From the NCBI RefSeq assembly GCF_006345805.1, contig NC_043006.1, positions 64,728,001-64,792,000 on the forward strand: DNA of 64,000 nucleotides, written 5' to 3'. Position 1 is the first letter of the stretch; every line of letters begins with the position of its first letter. The position numbers and the translations under genes were made by a program. The notes below the pieces were generated by a model that searched no databases, was not told the DNA's origin, and saw only the letters and a list, made by a program, of their open reading frames with translations. Of this stretch, positions 48,241-61,700 are shown in pieces. The stretch comes from Octopus sinensis. Lineage: Eukaryota.

Positions 48241-49548
48241 TCATCATCATCATCATCGTTTAACGTCCATTTTCCGCGCTAGCACGGGTTGGACGGTTTC
48301 GACCGGGGTCTGGGGAGCTCGGGACTGCCCCAGGCTCCAGTCTAGTCTGGCAGTGTTTCTACAGCTGGATGCCCTTCCTAACGCTAACCACTCCAGAGGG
48401 GTCTGGCATCGGCCACGTTCGGATGGTGCTTTTTTGGGGGGGGGTGGGGGTGCAGAAATATAGGGGAGCAGCACCAGTGGGAGGGGGGTTCAGAGGTCAG
48501 GTTCTAGGCAAGTAGAACGTAGGATAGGATATCGAGGAGAGGGGGTAATGCATGGTGAAATAGCGTATTGAAGAGGGGGGTTCAAGAGTAGACACCTATA
48601 ATGGTGGTGGTGGGGGGGTGCAGAAATATAGGGGAGCACCAGTGGGAGGGGTGGTTCAGAGGACAGGTTCTAGGCAAGTAGAAGTAGGATATCGAGAGAG
48701 GGGTAATGCATGGTGTGAAATAGCGTATTGAAGAGGGGGGTTCAAAGAGTAGACACCTATAATGGTGGTGGGAGAAAGAAACGACATCCGGTATAGTTGG
48801 AGCAAAATAGAGATATCCGGTATTGGTGGGGGGGTGGGTAGGGCGGGCGCGCCGCGAAGAATCGGCAGCCAATTTCTAATCAGCCCTGTAAGGGAGATAG
48901 ATCTTAAATATCTATAACGATAACTAGTGAATTATACAGAATATGCAAAAACGAGGCGAGGCTGAAATAGTAAACAGAGTGGCGACTAGGGGAATCAGAA
49001 TAATAATAATTAATAAATAATAATAATAAATAGAGATACGGATGAATTAAAGTTCAAAGATTTCTTATCTTGGGATCACTTCGTTTACGGACAGACTTGG
49101 CAAAAGGAATTCGGAATCAAGAATGAGGCAGGTTACTAGCTTAAGTATGCATAGCCATGGTGAGGAGTAGGAAGAGAGGAGTCCAGACAGACAATGTAAA
49201 AAGAGGGGGAGAGAAGGGAAGAGAACCCCGCGAAGAATCGGCAGCCAATTTCTAATCAGCCCTGTAAGGGAGATAGATCTTAAATATCTATAACGATAAC
49301 TAGTGAATTATACAGAATATGCAAAAACGAGGCGAGGCTGAAATAGTAAACAGTGTGGCGACTAGGGGGATCAGAATAATAATAATTAATAAATAATAAT
49401 AATAAATAGAGATACGGATAAATTAAAGTTCAAAGATTTCTTATCTTGGGATCACTTCGTTTATGGACAGACTTGGCAAAAGGAATTCGGAATCAAGAAT
49501 GAGGCAGGTTACTAGCTTAAGTATGCATAGCCATGGCGAGGAGTAGGA
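48241..49548 (-). mobile_element. Composite element copy 2: RTE tail, ~160-bp VNTR x2, G4 junction, ~375-bp unit x1.8
   Basis: Reverse complement of 11645-13150; unit period 48861 to 49237; flanked by (TA)n on both sides. Confidence 0.88.
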
Positions 49549-50615
49549 TATATATATATATATACACTTACATACATATAACACAAGCACACATACATAA
49601 GCTTCCACACAGTTTCCATCTCCCAAATTCAGTCTCAAGGCATTGGTTGGCCCACGGCTATAATAGAAGATGCTTAACTAAGGTACCATGCAGTGGGACT
49701 GAACCCAAAACTCGTGGTTGCAAAGCAAACTTCTCCACCAGACACTCAAGCCTATACCTATAGCAGAATTAGTAAAATGTTATCTGTCTTTTTCAATTCT
49801 GTGTTCAAACCCTGCAGGAATTGACTGTTTTATAAGCTTCCAGGGTTGTAAAATAAAGGATCAGTTTAGTACTGAGATCAATCAAATCAACCTTTTCTCC
49901 TCTTCTAATAAAATGTGATCATGTCCCTACATTAGAAATCATTATTAATGGATATTTTTATGATTCACTCAAAAAGCAAAGAACAATGGTTGTGACCTTT
50001 TCCATTGTGTCTAAATCAAAAGTTGGGGGAAAGCCAGAAATATTAGATCAAATCCTTTAGGGATTGATTGAGTGCTAGCTCTTAGACTACAATTTTTGGC
50101 TTTCTGTCAGAGAGGGGGTGGAGAGAGAGAGAGAGACAGAGATAGACAGTGAGATAAAGAGAGAGATGAGTGAGATAAAGGGAGAGAGAGGAGAGATGCT
50201 ATCTATCTTATGAGCTGACTCTCCACTGGGAGCTGACAGTAGGTAGGTATTTATGTAGGTAAGTACAACTAATTCTAAATGTGAAGGAATGACGCAACAA
50301 TGGTAATTTTGTACCACTTGGATTGCTATTGTTCAATGAGTTGATCCAAGCACAGGGAATTAAACAAACTGGTTGGTCACCAAAGCTTCACAGGATGTAA
50401 AAGGCAGATATATCATTTAATGCATTCTGTATTAAGAGCTACAAACAGCTTCTTTCTATTGAAACACATGGTTAGGCAGAATTTTGTAACATGCTTTGTG
50501 TCTCAATGGCAAGAAACTATTTGTAGCCGTTATCTTAATATTGTGTATATTAAATGACATTTACCTCTCATTGGATGGTGTACTTTCTTGTTGGTCCTTT
50601 CTTAACAGATAAGTA

Positions 50616-50650
<35 letters not shown>

Positions 50651-50654
<4 letters not shown>

Positions 50655-51192
50655 GTTGAAGGAAAAGTTCGTGCACCGTGTTAAAATAATGCTTTTTTTA
50701 TATATATTTTTGTGGCGTGTGTGTTCATTCAGTTCATGCCATGTTCAATGGTGATTCTCTGTTGAAAAGTACCCAAGACTTGTTTGTCGAAAATGCGCTT
50801 TGTTTCAAGAAAACAATTCAAATCTGCATACCGCCAGAAAGACCAGCAACAAGATTGAAGAATTGGACAGTGTGGAAGTTCTGCCACATCCAGCCTATAG
50901 GCCAGACATCGCTCCATCTGACTACAGTCTCTTCTGATCAATGCAGCATTTTATGAAAGGTCGCCAATTTGAGTCATTCGATAAAGTTAAAGAAGCTTGT
51001 CAAGAATTTTTCGATTCAAAGCCGAAGGATTGGTTCTTTGACCAAATCTGAAAGCATCCAGATCATTGGCAGAATGTTGTGGAAAATGATGGTCTTGATT
51101 TTGAAGAATAGTTGCTGTTGATTTTGAATAAATTCTTGCATTAAAAAAAATCATTATTTTAACACAGCACACAAACTTTTTCCTCAACCTAG
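50651..51192 (+). mobile_element. Internally deleted mariner (DD34D) with both TIRs
   Basis: TIRs tcaggttgaaggaaaagttcgtgcaccgtgttaaaataatg / cattattttaacacagcacacaaactttttcctcaacctag in TA; HTARKTSNKIEELDSVEVLPHPAYRPDIAPSDYSLF..WQNVVENDG. Confidence 0.92.
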
Positions 51193-51199
51193 TATGTGT

Positions 51200-51500
51200 A
51201 TATATCATCATTGTTTAACGTCTGCTTTCCATGCTGGCATGGGTTGGACAGTTTGATTGAGGACTGGCAAGCCAGGAGGTTGCACCAGGTTCCAATCTGA
51301 TCTGGCAAGCCAGGAGGTTGCACCAGGTTCCAATCTGATCTGGCAAGGTTTCTACAGATGGATACCCTTCCCAACACCAACCACTCTGAGAGTGTAGTGG
51401 GTGCTTTTTACGTGCCACCAGCATGGGGGCCAGTCAGGCAGCACTGGTAGCAACAAAGCCCGAATGGTGCTTTTTACTTGCTACTAGCATGGGACCAGTC
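51200..51500 (-). mobile_element. Family-C repeat with an internal perfect 38-bp tandem duplication
   Basis: ctggcaagccaggaggttgcaccaggttccaatctgat at 51264 and 51302. Confidence 0.85.
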
Positions 51501-52053
51501 AGACGGCACATATATATATGTGTGTGTGTGTGTGTATATGCATGTATTAAAAAGGAAGAACTCTTAGGAATGCAATCTGTTTGCTCCATCAATTTACTTT
51601 TTCCAACATAAATGAAACCATTCGAACAGAGTATATACCTGGGTACTAACTCTTCTCTGACACGTCATTGTTACACACCACAACGTCAGCAAGAATGGCT
51701 TTTGCAATAATTCCATCAACACAGCTTCTTACCACACAGCCACTCCTGTGCCTATAATTGCTTAAATTTAATTTCATGAAAGAGAAAGAAGACTAAAAAC
51801 GACATATATTAATTTTTATGTAGTGAGGTTGGGGTGGGGTGGTTTCTGAGACATAGAATATATTTCGAGGGTTTTCCAAAAGTGAAAAGCTGCGAAATAT
51901 TGCTTTATGTGATGCTAGAAATAGCAGCCAAATCTCCCTCAAATCATATCTAAGAAAAAGAAATTGCATAATGTTGTCCTAGATAACTAAAAAAAAAGAC
52001 AGGACAATTACAGAACGTTTTTTGTATCAGATTTGCTCTATCAGAGATGAACT

Positions 52054-52419
52054 GTGCAGGAGTGGCTGCATGGTAAGAAGCTTGCTTCCCAACCACATGG
52101 TTCCAGGTTCAGTCCCACTGCATGGCACCTTGGGCAAAGTGTCTTCTACTACAGCCTCAGGCCAACCAAAGCCTTGTGAGTAGATTTGGTAGATGGAAAC
52201 TGAAAGAAGCCCATCATGCGTGTGTGTGTGTGTGAGTTTGTCCCCCACCACCACCATCGCTTGACAACCAATGCTGGTGTGTTTACATCCCTGTTACTTA
52301 GCGGTTCTGCAAAAGTGACCAATAGAATAAGTACTGGGTTTACAAACAATCAGTCCTGGGGTTGATTTGTTCAACTAAATGTGGTGCTCCAGCATGGCCA
52401 CAAGTAAAAGAGTAAAAGA
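52054..52419 (+). mobile_element. Family-A SINE, CpG-decayed
   Basis: Head to tail match. Confidence 0.88.
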
Positions 52420-53261
52420 CCACAACGTGGAACTAGACATAAATTATTGAGGTAACTAACTTCTGGCTCACTATTTCAATAAGCTGTGTGATCTCTCTCA
52501 TCACTATAACACATATTCACCATGACCACCATCATCACCGTCAGAATCAAACTCAACAAAACAATTTTCATTATAACCACCCCCACCACCATGACCACCC
52601 CTTCTAACATCACCACCACATGTAGGGTGGAGAGTGTGTCTGTATCTTGAAGGAAATTAGATTGAGTGGCAAGTTAAAGGTTAGCTTTAATGTCAGACAT
52701 TGAGTCACTCCGGCAAAACTCCAAAAATCCCGGAAGTCACTTCACAAGGAGAAAAAAAAGACAGTCTCAAACAGTGAAATAATCATTGTGTGTGAGTGTG
52801 TGTGTGTGTGTGTGTGAATGTGTGTGTGTGTGTGAATGTGTGTGTGTGTGTGAATGTGTGTGTGTGTGTATACACACACACACAGCTGTAAACACATACA
52901 TGCGGAAAAGGCAACAGAAACCATAAGTTATTCAATAATATACATACACATTACACATATATTATACACACATACATTCAGACACATGTACATAATGTAT
53001 ATAACATAACAATATTTTGACAGAAATATATGAAAGTGCATTCAACCTTAGATTTATTGATTCCATTATTATAAACCATATTTATAACTAATACATACAC
53101 ACACACAATTATGTCATGTAAACAAATGATTTTAGATGTTACAATGTATATATAGAGAGAATGAGAGAGAGAAAGAGTGGAAGAGGAAGGAGAAAGGGGA
53201 GAGAGAGAGAAATAGTGGAAGAGGGAGGAGAAAGGAGAGAGAAAGAGTGGAAGAGGGAGGA

Positions 53262-53311
<50 letters not shown>

Positions 53312-53659
53312 CCATTTCCTTTTGACATTTTACCATCACACAAGGTCTGTAATATGTCCCCACAACCCCACACACACCACATGATCCACAGCTGATGTAC
53401 AAGCAGCTGTTTATAAATACCAAACACAAATAAACATACTGAGGCATGCACATACACACACACACAAGACAAAGGAGAGAGGATGGACCCCCTTTCGCCC
53501 TCCTCCCCCACACACCACCCCCATCGAGAAAGTAAAGCAAATTTCAATTTGAGAGATTTTCTGTAGAAGTCATTCAGTACATCACCCCCCCTCCTCCGCT
53601 CCACCTCCCACTCCCCGAAATATTTATGCTCATGCCACTGATCCAGTTGGGTTCTTTCC

Positions 53660-54075
53660 CTTCACTTGTTTATCTTTTACTTGTTTCAATCATTGGACTC
53701 TGGCCATGCTGGGGCACTCTCTTGAAGAGGTCTATCAAACAAATCAGCCCCCAGCACTTATGCTTTTATTTATTTATTTATTTATTTTTGAAAGCCTGTA
53801 TCTTTTGATGAACCGCCAAGTTATGTGGATGTAAACAAACCAGCACTGGTAATCAAGCTATGCAGTGGTGGTTGGGGAACATACCCAAAGACATACAAAC
53901 ACATACACATTAAACATAGATATCTCATTTTGGCATTAGTAATGGCATTAAGCCATAGGAACCATGCAAAAATCTGACAATGGAGCTTAGCACATCACCG
54001 TGGCTTGCTCCTCCTGTCAAACCATCCAACCCATGCCAGCATGGAAAATGGATGTTAAAGTTTAATGAAGATGAT

Positions 54076-54142
<67 letters not shown>

Positions 54143-55180
54143 GCATGGCTATGTGGTAGGTAGCTTGGTTCTAGGTTCACACGGTTCCAGGTTCAGTCCC
54201 ACTGTATGGTACCTTGGACAAGTATCTTCTACTATAGCCTCGGGCCAACCAAAGCCTTGTGAGTTTATTTGGTGACAGAAACTGAAAGCCCACCGTATAT
54301 ATATATATATATATACACACGATGGGCTTCTTTCAGTTTCTGTCTACCAAATCCACTCACATATACCCTTGTGTGTTTGTGTTTGTCCCCCATCATTGCT
54401 TAGCAACTGATGCTGGTGTGTTTATGTCCTTGTAACCTAGCGATTTGGCAAAAGAGACTGATAGAATAAGTACCAGGTTTACAAAGAATAAGTGTAGGCG
54501 TTGATTTCTTTGACTAACAGGCGGTGCTCCAGTATGGCCACAGTCAAAATGACTGAAACAAGTAAAATAAAAAAAAAAAAAAAGAATATTGTGCGAATGG
54601 TTTTGTTAAGTACTGTAGAGTTTTACAATTCTGTAATTGTTTTTGTAAACAAACTTTATATGCTTTTGGCATGAATGGTTTTGTTAAGCAGTGTCAAGTG
54701 TGTGAGTGAGTGTAATGTGTGTGTGTGAATGTAATGTGTGTGTGTGAGAGAGTGAGTGAGTGTAATGTGCGTTTAAAATTTTTTTAAAGTCAAATCAATG
54801 CAACTTATAAAAAATAATACAAGTTGATAGTATGTACTTTTACCTCATACTTCAGTATTTCGGGTTAAGACCTCTTCTTCAAGAAATCTTAAAAGAAATG
54901 GTGCTGTGAACTGACTTCTCTGTTCTGTAGTGTGTGTGCATGTGTGTACTGTTGCCTTGACATCCCATGATGGCTGTAAAGCAGTATCACCACCATACAA
55001 GACCTGTGATCCATTTCCAGTCTTTCATGGAACACATATCTGGCCAAAGGATAATATTACCTTGCCAGGAAATAGGCAAAGGTTGGCAACAGCAAGAGCA
55101 TCCAGCCATATAAAATCTACCATGACAAATTCTGTCCAACCCATGCAAGCATAGAAAAGCAGACATTAAGTGAAGATGTT
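53660..55180. mobile_element. Cluster of family-A and family-C repeats, CpG-decayed
   Basis: A(-) about 53660-53900, C(+) about 53930-54075, A(+) about 54140-54590, C(+) about 54940-55180. Confidence 0.75.
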
Positions 55181-55504
55181 TAACCTTTCCAGGAAAATAG
55201 ACAGAATATCTTATCTCTTCAACAGATTCTTTCACCATAAATAATAACCTTGGAATTGAGAGGTGTCTACTGAAGTAGTGATGTTGGTGGTGGTGGCAAT
55301 CACAACATTGTGATGGTGGTGGTGGTGGTAATGACAGTGCAGGTGGTGTTGAAAGTGATTTATTGCAAGCAGTTAGTGATGATGATGATTACGATGTTGG
55401 TGATTATAATAGTAAAAATGATTTATCGTTGCTGGTAGCTGAAGTGGTAGTAATGACAGTGTGGAGAAGATAGAGACAAGATATAATAATAATAAATATA
55501 ATAA

Positions 55505-56790
55505 TTCCTTCTACTGGAAGCACAGGACCTCAGATTTGAGGGAAGGGAGTAAGTCGATTATATCAACCCTAGTGTGTAACTGGTACTTAATTTAACAACC
55601 CTCGAAAGGATGAAAGGCAAAAGTCAACCTCAGCAGAATTTGAACTCAGGGCGTAAAGACAGACAAAATACCATTAAGCATTTCACCAATAATAATAATA
55701 ATAGTAATGATAATAATAATAATGCTTTCTACTAAAGGCACAAGGCCTGAAATTTTGGGGGAGGAGAAAGAGGATTATATCGACCCCCAGTATTTTATTG
55801 ACCCTGAAATGACAAAAGGCAAAGTTGATCTCAGTGGAATTTGAACTCAGAATGTCAAGATGGATCTCAGAACATAGTGGGAGACGAAATACCTAATTCT
55901 TTACTACCCACAAGGGGCTTCACAAAGAGAGGACAAACAAGGACAGACAAACGGATTAAGTTGATTACATCGACCCCAGTGCTTAACTGGTACTTAATTT
56001 ATCAACCCCAAAAGGATGAAAAGCAAAGTCGACCTTGGCGGAATTTGAACTCAGAATGTAACAGCAGGCGAAATACTGCTAAGCATTTCGCCCGGCGTGC
56101 TAACGTTTCTGCCAGCTCGCCATTAATAATAATAATAATAACTTTTCCCTAATTTTGACACTATACCAGCAAATTGAGAAGGAGAGGGTTAGTCAATTAC
56201 ATCAATCCCTAGTACTTTATTTTTACTGACCCTGAAAGAATGAGAGGTAAAGTCAGCCTCAGTAGAATTTTAACACAGAATGTAAACAGTTGGAAGAAAT
56301 GCGGTTAAGTATTTTGTCTAGTATGCTAATAATTCTGCCAGTCCACCCACCACCTTAGTAGTAATAATTCTTTCTAGTTTAGGTACAAAGCCTGAAAATT
56401 GTGAGGTGGGTGTTAGTCAATTACATCAGTCCCAGTATTTGACTGGTGTTGGGTTAAAATTTGATAGGAGGGGAATAATTAATTTTATTGATCCCTGTAC
56501 TTTGACCTCGAATGGTAAAGTTGACCTCAGCAGAATTTGAACTCAGCTCGAAGAAATTCAACTAAGTATTTTATACAATGCAATAATTATTCTTTCCTAC
56601 TCTAGGCACAAAGCCTGAAATTTTGGTGGAGGGGGGGGGGCAGTCGATTACATCGACCCCAATATGCAACTGGTACTTAATTTATCGACCCCAAAAGGAT
56701 GAAAGGCAAAGTCGACCTCAGCGGAATTTGAACTCAGAACGTAAAGATAGATGAAATACTGTTAAGCATTTCGCCCAGTGAGCTAATGTT
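55505..56790 (-). mobile_element. Co-oriented cluster of about six family-B SINEs including a dimer
   Basis: Repeated gaaaggatgaaaggcaaagtc.acctc.gc.gaatttgaactcag; dimer junction at 55892. Confidence 0.88.
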
Positions 56791-56859
56791 TCTGCCAGTT
56801 TACTGCTTTGATGCAATAATTATTCCGTCAGTTCACTGCTTTGATGATGAAGAAGTAGA

Positions 56860-57150
56860 AAGCGGAGGAGAAATAGGAAGAGAAAGAGGAGGAGGAGAAA
56901 GAGGAATGACAAGAAGAGGTGCAGTAGAAGAAAAAGGAGAAAGAGAAAGAAGAGGAGAAAAAAGAGCAAAAGAAGAAAAAGAAAAGGAAGAGAAAGAAGA
57001 AAAAAAGGGAGAGAAAGAAGAAGAAAAGGGAGAAGAAAGAAGAAGAAAAGGAAGAGAAAGAAGAAAAGGGAGAGAGAGAAGAAAAAGAAGACGAAGGAGG
57101 AGAAGCAACAGTAGCAGCATGAGAAAAATGAGGAGAAAAATAATAGCAAT
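56860..57150. repeat. Polypurine (GAA/GGA) low-complexity block
   Basis: Direct inspection; a similar block lies at 59650-59860. Confidence 0.9.
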
Positions 57151-57326
57151 TTTCTGGGAAAGATTATCCTAATCTGAGTGGGTTTCTCTGAAAGACAGAT
57201 TGTGTGTCTTTCATGAATTCAATAGGATGAAGAGAAGAGATAGAACAGTGATAGGCAGGGAGTGGGTGATGACAGGGGATGAGATAAATATGGTGGAGGT
57301 TGGAGGGCATGGCTGTGATGGCAAGG

Positions 57327-57362
<36 letters not shown>

Positions 57363-57752
57363 TATTTACCATAACACAAAATGGTGTGCATGTCTCCTGT
57401 CTTGTGTGTCAGTCACTCACTATTATTATTATTATCATTATTAGTATTATTAGTATCAGTATTATTATTATTGGACAAGAAAGTGGATGACAGCAATTGG
57501 TTGGTGGCAATGGCTGAGAGAGGAGATGGTGGGAATGACAGAATACACAAAGCAAGGTTCTAAAAGACGAAGTTGGCGGTGACGAAGAAGAAGGGAGATG
57601 GAGATTAAGAGGGGTGAGGGGGAAGGGGAATATGAGCAATGTTATGTAACCTTGACTTAAATCTGACTGGTGGATGGTTTACCTGTCTGGACAGATCTCA
57701 GTGAGGAAAAAAAGCAGAGATTAATTAGCTTTGTCATATAGACATGTTTATT

Positions 57753-57783
<31 letters not shown>

Positions 57784-57794
57784 ATGTATATACA

Positions 57795-58632
57795 CATAGG
57801 GAATGATGGTAAATCGTTACCCTTCTATATTTTTAATTTCGTGCATTTGCATTGTTTGTTTTTGATTTTGTCGACTACACAGTATAGTTGGGTCAGTTGG
57901 GCACTGTCTGTGAGAAAAACAGCACCATGACACAATTCACTCTGCCAGAAATTTGGAAATAACATGCTGTACTACTTGCCATTCATGTTGGAAACTCCAA
58001 TACAAACATTTTGAAGTGTTTGGTGGTCAATCTGAGGACTGTGTAGAGGATTTGGAAAGAGTTGGAGGAGTCTAATGGTGATTACGAAGGTATTTGACGG
58101 AATCACTAGTGATGGCGATGTTATGCCTACATGGCCTCACACTCAACACAGAGGTCTAAATCAAGTGCCTAGAGGAGGTAGTGCTGCCCTGGGTCAAGAA
58201 GCTGGCTGCTGGAAGATCCTATGTCTGGCAACAGGACTCTGCACAATGCCTCACAAGCAGGAAAACCCAGTCATGGCTGTCAGAAAATTTCTGCGACCAC
58301 ATCACCCCTAACTGCAGTCCCTTGATCATTATGTGTGGGGTGCAGTTGAGAATGAAACCGACAAAACTTCTAACACCAAAAATGAACTGAAGGCAAATAT
58401 TATGGCAACATTCACCAACTTAAACAAGCAGACTGTCCAGAAGAGTTGCAGGAGATTCTGAAGTCGTCTGGAGGCCGTGGTTGAAGCCAATGGTTATTTT
58501 ATTGAATAAATTTACTCTTTAATATTTCAAGATATTTTTATGTACTTTTGGTAAATATATCTGTTAAAGTGAGATGTCAGTGTTATTTTCATTTTTGTGT
58601 AATTTAGACAACAATATATTCACTGCACTCTG
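57795..58632 (+). mobile_element. Second internally deleted DD37D relic
   Basis: LPEIWK*HAVLLAIHVGNSNTNI.. jumps to ITSDGDVMP..WVKKLAAGRSYVWQQDSA..RLEAVVEANGYFIE*; 3' TIR ..tgcactctg|TA. Confidence 0.88.
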
Positions 58633-58664
58633 TATGTATGTATGTATATATATATATATATATT

Positions 58665-59251
58665 GGTCAAGCATGACCATCGAACGTTGGGCCTCACAGA
58701 GGCAATCACAAAAGACCGAGATCTCTGAAGATATGCTGTGACTGCGAAGACCTGACAAATAATGTGAGTTCATGGCTGTTTCCTGCACCAGTTTCACATA
58801 GCAGCCCCAGCCTATCCGAAGTACTTTGGATCGCAGAACGGCCTGCTATGCTTACCTTGGATTGAAGGGCAACCTGCTGTGCTTGAGGAGACCTGGTGTG
58901 TCAAGTACATCAACATCAAAAAAAAAATCAAATGGAAATTGTAGTTGTGATACCTGTGCCGGTGGCACATAAAAAGTACCATCTGAATGTGGCTAAGGCC
59001 AGCGCCGCCTTGACTGGCTTCCGTGCTGGTGGCACGTAAAAAGCACCAACCGATCATGACTGCTGCCAGCCTCCCCTGGCACGTAAAAAGCACCCACTAC
59101 ACTCACGGAGTGGTTGGCATAAGGAAGGGCATCCAGCTGTAGAAACACTGCCAGATCAGACTAGAACCTGGTGCAGCATCCTGGCTTCCCAGACCCCGGT
59201 AGAACCGTCCAACCCATGCTAGCATGGAAAACGAATGTTAAATGATGATGA

Positions 59252-59255
<4 letters not shown>
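58665..59255 (+). mobile_element. RTE LINE 3' end plus family-C tail
   Basis: VKHDHRTLGLTEAITKDRDL*RYAVTAKT*; tail ..gttaaatgatgatgatg. Confidence 0.85.
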
Positions 59256-59291
<36 letters not shown>

Positions 59292-59302
59292 TATATATAT
59301 AT

Positions 59303-59374
<72 letters not shown>

Positions 59375-60699
59375 CACAGAGAGAGAGAGAAGGATTGATG
59401 GATACAGGGAGAGTTTGTAAATGGTATTTTATCTGCTAGAAATAGCAGCTAAACCTTCTTGAAATCATATCCTACAGTTTTAGAAACGATACAATTGGGG
59501 AGTGTGATCCTTGGGTACATTGTATGTAATTAAACAGTTAGATAGTCACAGCTGTTTAGACATTGGTGGTTTAGCATGACTAACTGGACATTGATCTGGT
59601 TTTTTGACTACTTTTTGGCACACATGTGCACAGGAATAGAGGCATACAGATAGAAAGAGTAAGAAGAGAATAAGGGAAAGAAGGGAGGAGAAGAAGAGAG
59701 GAGAGAGAGGAAGGAAAGAGGGGGAAGGGGGAGAGGAGTGAGAGAGGGGATGGAGAGAGGAGGGAAAGAGGTGGGAGAGAGAAGGAGAGAGAGAGAGGAG
59801 GGGGAGGGAGGGGAGGGAGGGGGAGAGAGGAGGGAGAGGAGAAAAGAAAGAGGTGGAAAATATTAAAAGGTTTGCTTTTAAATAAATCAGCAACAGTGAA
59901 CAGGTGAGAGACCAAAAGATCTGATATTCCTGGCTGAGACAGTTCAGATCAGAGTGTGAGAACACAGAGACAAGGAACTGCCTGCAGTGGATTTGAACCG
60001 CTCATCTATGAGCAGGTAGTCTAATATCTTGACCATTTGGCCAGTTTACTTTTAAGTAAACCTAACACAGTAACGAGGTGATTCATCATAATTACAAATT
60101 TCAGATTTTGGCCCAAAAGTAGCAAGTTTGGGGTGTATGAGTCGATTACATCAACCCCAGTGCTCAACTGGTATTTTGTTGACCCTGAAAGGGAAAGGCA
60201 AAGTCAACCTCAGTGGAATTTGAACTCGGTGTGATTCATTATAATTATTAACACTCATTTGTATACTTCTTTCAGGCAGCTGGTATACATACAGGAATCT
60301 ATGGTAATGAAGAGAAGCACAGCTCACATATTACAGCAGGGCATGGTGTTGTTTAACCCTAGGTCAGTCTTGGTCATGTAGGTCTGTGATCAAAGTTGGT
60401 CAACTGTGACCATCCTTTTTTTAGGCGTATCCAGGAATGCATTGCTCAAAGTATCTTTTTAAAATTTCTTTTTAAGATGGTAAGAGGCTTGTCTTGTGAG
60501 TTACTTGGTGACCTCACTGGTGCTGGTTCCACATAGAAAGCACCAAGTACATTCTGTAAAGTGGCCGGCATTAGGAAGGGCATCCAGCTGTAGAAACTAT
60601 GCCAAAGCAGACATTGGAATTTGGCGTAGACCTCTGATTCATTGGTTCCTGGTAAACCTTCTGCCCCAATCCAACATAGAAATGATGTAGGGTGTACCA

Positions 60700-60937
60700 G
60701 ACAGGTGATATGTGTGATAAACAACAGCACAGCTCACCAATGATAAGGGATATTCTTATAGACAGGTGATGAACATATATATCTACACTGATAATCACCA
60801 GCACAACTCACCAACATTATAGGATATTCTTACATTTCAGGTAACATATATATATATATATATATATAAAATAAACGCATATACAGCTCACTACCTTATA
60901 AGATATTCTTACATTTCAGGCAACATTATACATATAT

Positions 60938-60968
<31 letters not shown>

Positions 60969-61700
60969 AAATAAACGCATATATAGCTCACTACCATATA
61001 GGATATTCTTATAGACAAGTGGTGTACATATATATACCTACAGGTGATAAACACCAGCACACTAACAATATAAGATATTCTAAAAGACAGGTAACATACA
61101 TGTATATCTACAGTGATAAACACCAGTACAGCTCACTTACAATATATAATATTCTTATAGACAAATGATATACATGTATATCTACAGGTGATAAACATCA
61201 GCACAGCTCACAATATAGGATATTCTAAAAGACAGGTGACATACATATACATCTATAGTGATAAACACCAGTACTACTCACCTACACTATAGGATATTCT
61301 TATAGACAGATGACTGACATACATACAAACATACATAGAGATAAACACCTGCACAGCTCACCTACAATATAGGATATTCTTATAGACAGGTAGCATACAT
61401 ATTTATCTACAGTAATACGCATATATATCTACAGTGATAAATAGCAGAATAAGTCACTTGCTACAGACAAATGCCATAGATCTGTGATGATAAACAGCAG
61501 CACAGTTCACCTACAAGACAAAGCATTTCTTTCACTCTACCTCCGCAAACTGCACAGCTAATCTACTATAGTGAAACATTTCTCACATGTGACATACTTA
61601 GATCTGTAACAATATATGCTGGCATAGCTCAGTCACCTACAAGACAGAATATCTTACATGATACTAGTAGCAGCAAGCTGATCTGATGCAGCATAACGGA
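60700..61700. repeat. Degenerate ~70-80-bp minisatellite, about 12 copies
   Basis: Recurring gataaacaccagcacagctcac..ataggatattcttatagacaggt..acatatat.tctaca. Confidence 0.85.

Noticed and set aside
60700-61700. Possible CRISPR-like repeat-spacer array
   Set aside because: Eukaryotic context, whole units are degenerate homologues (no unique spacers), no cas genes
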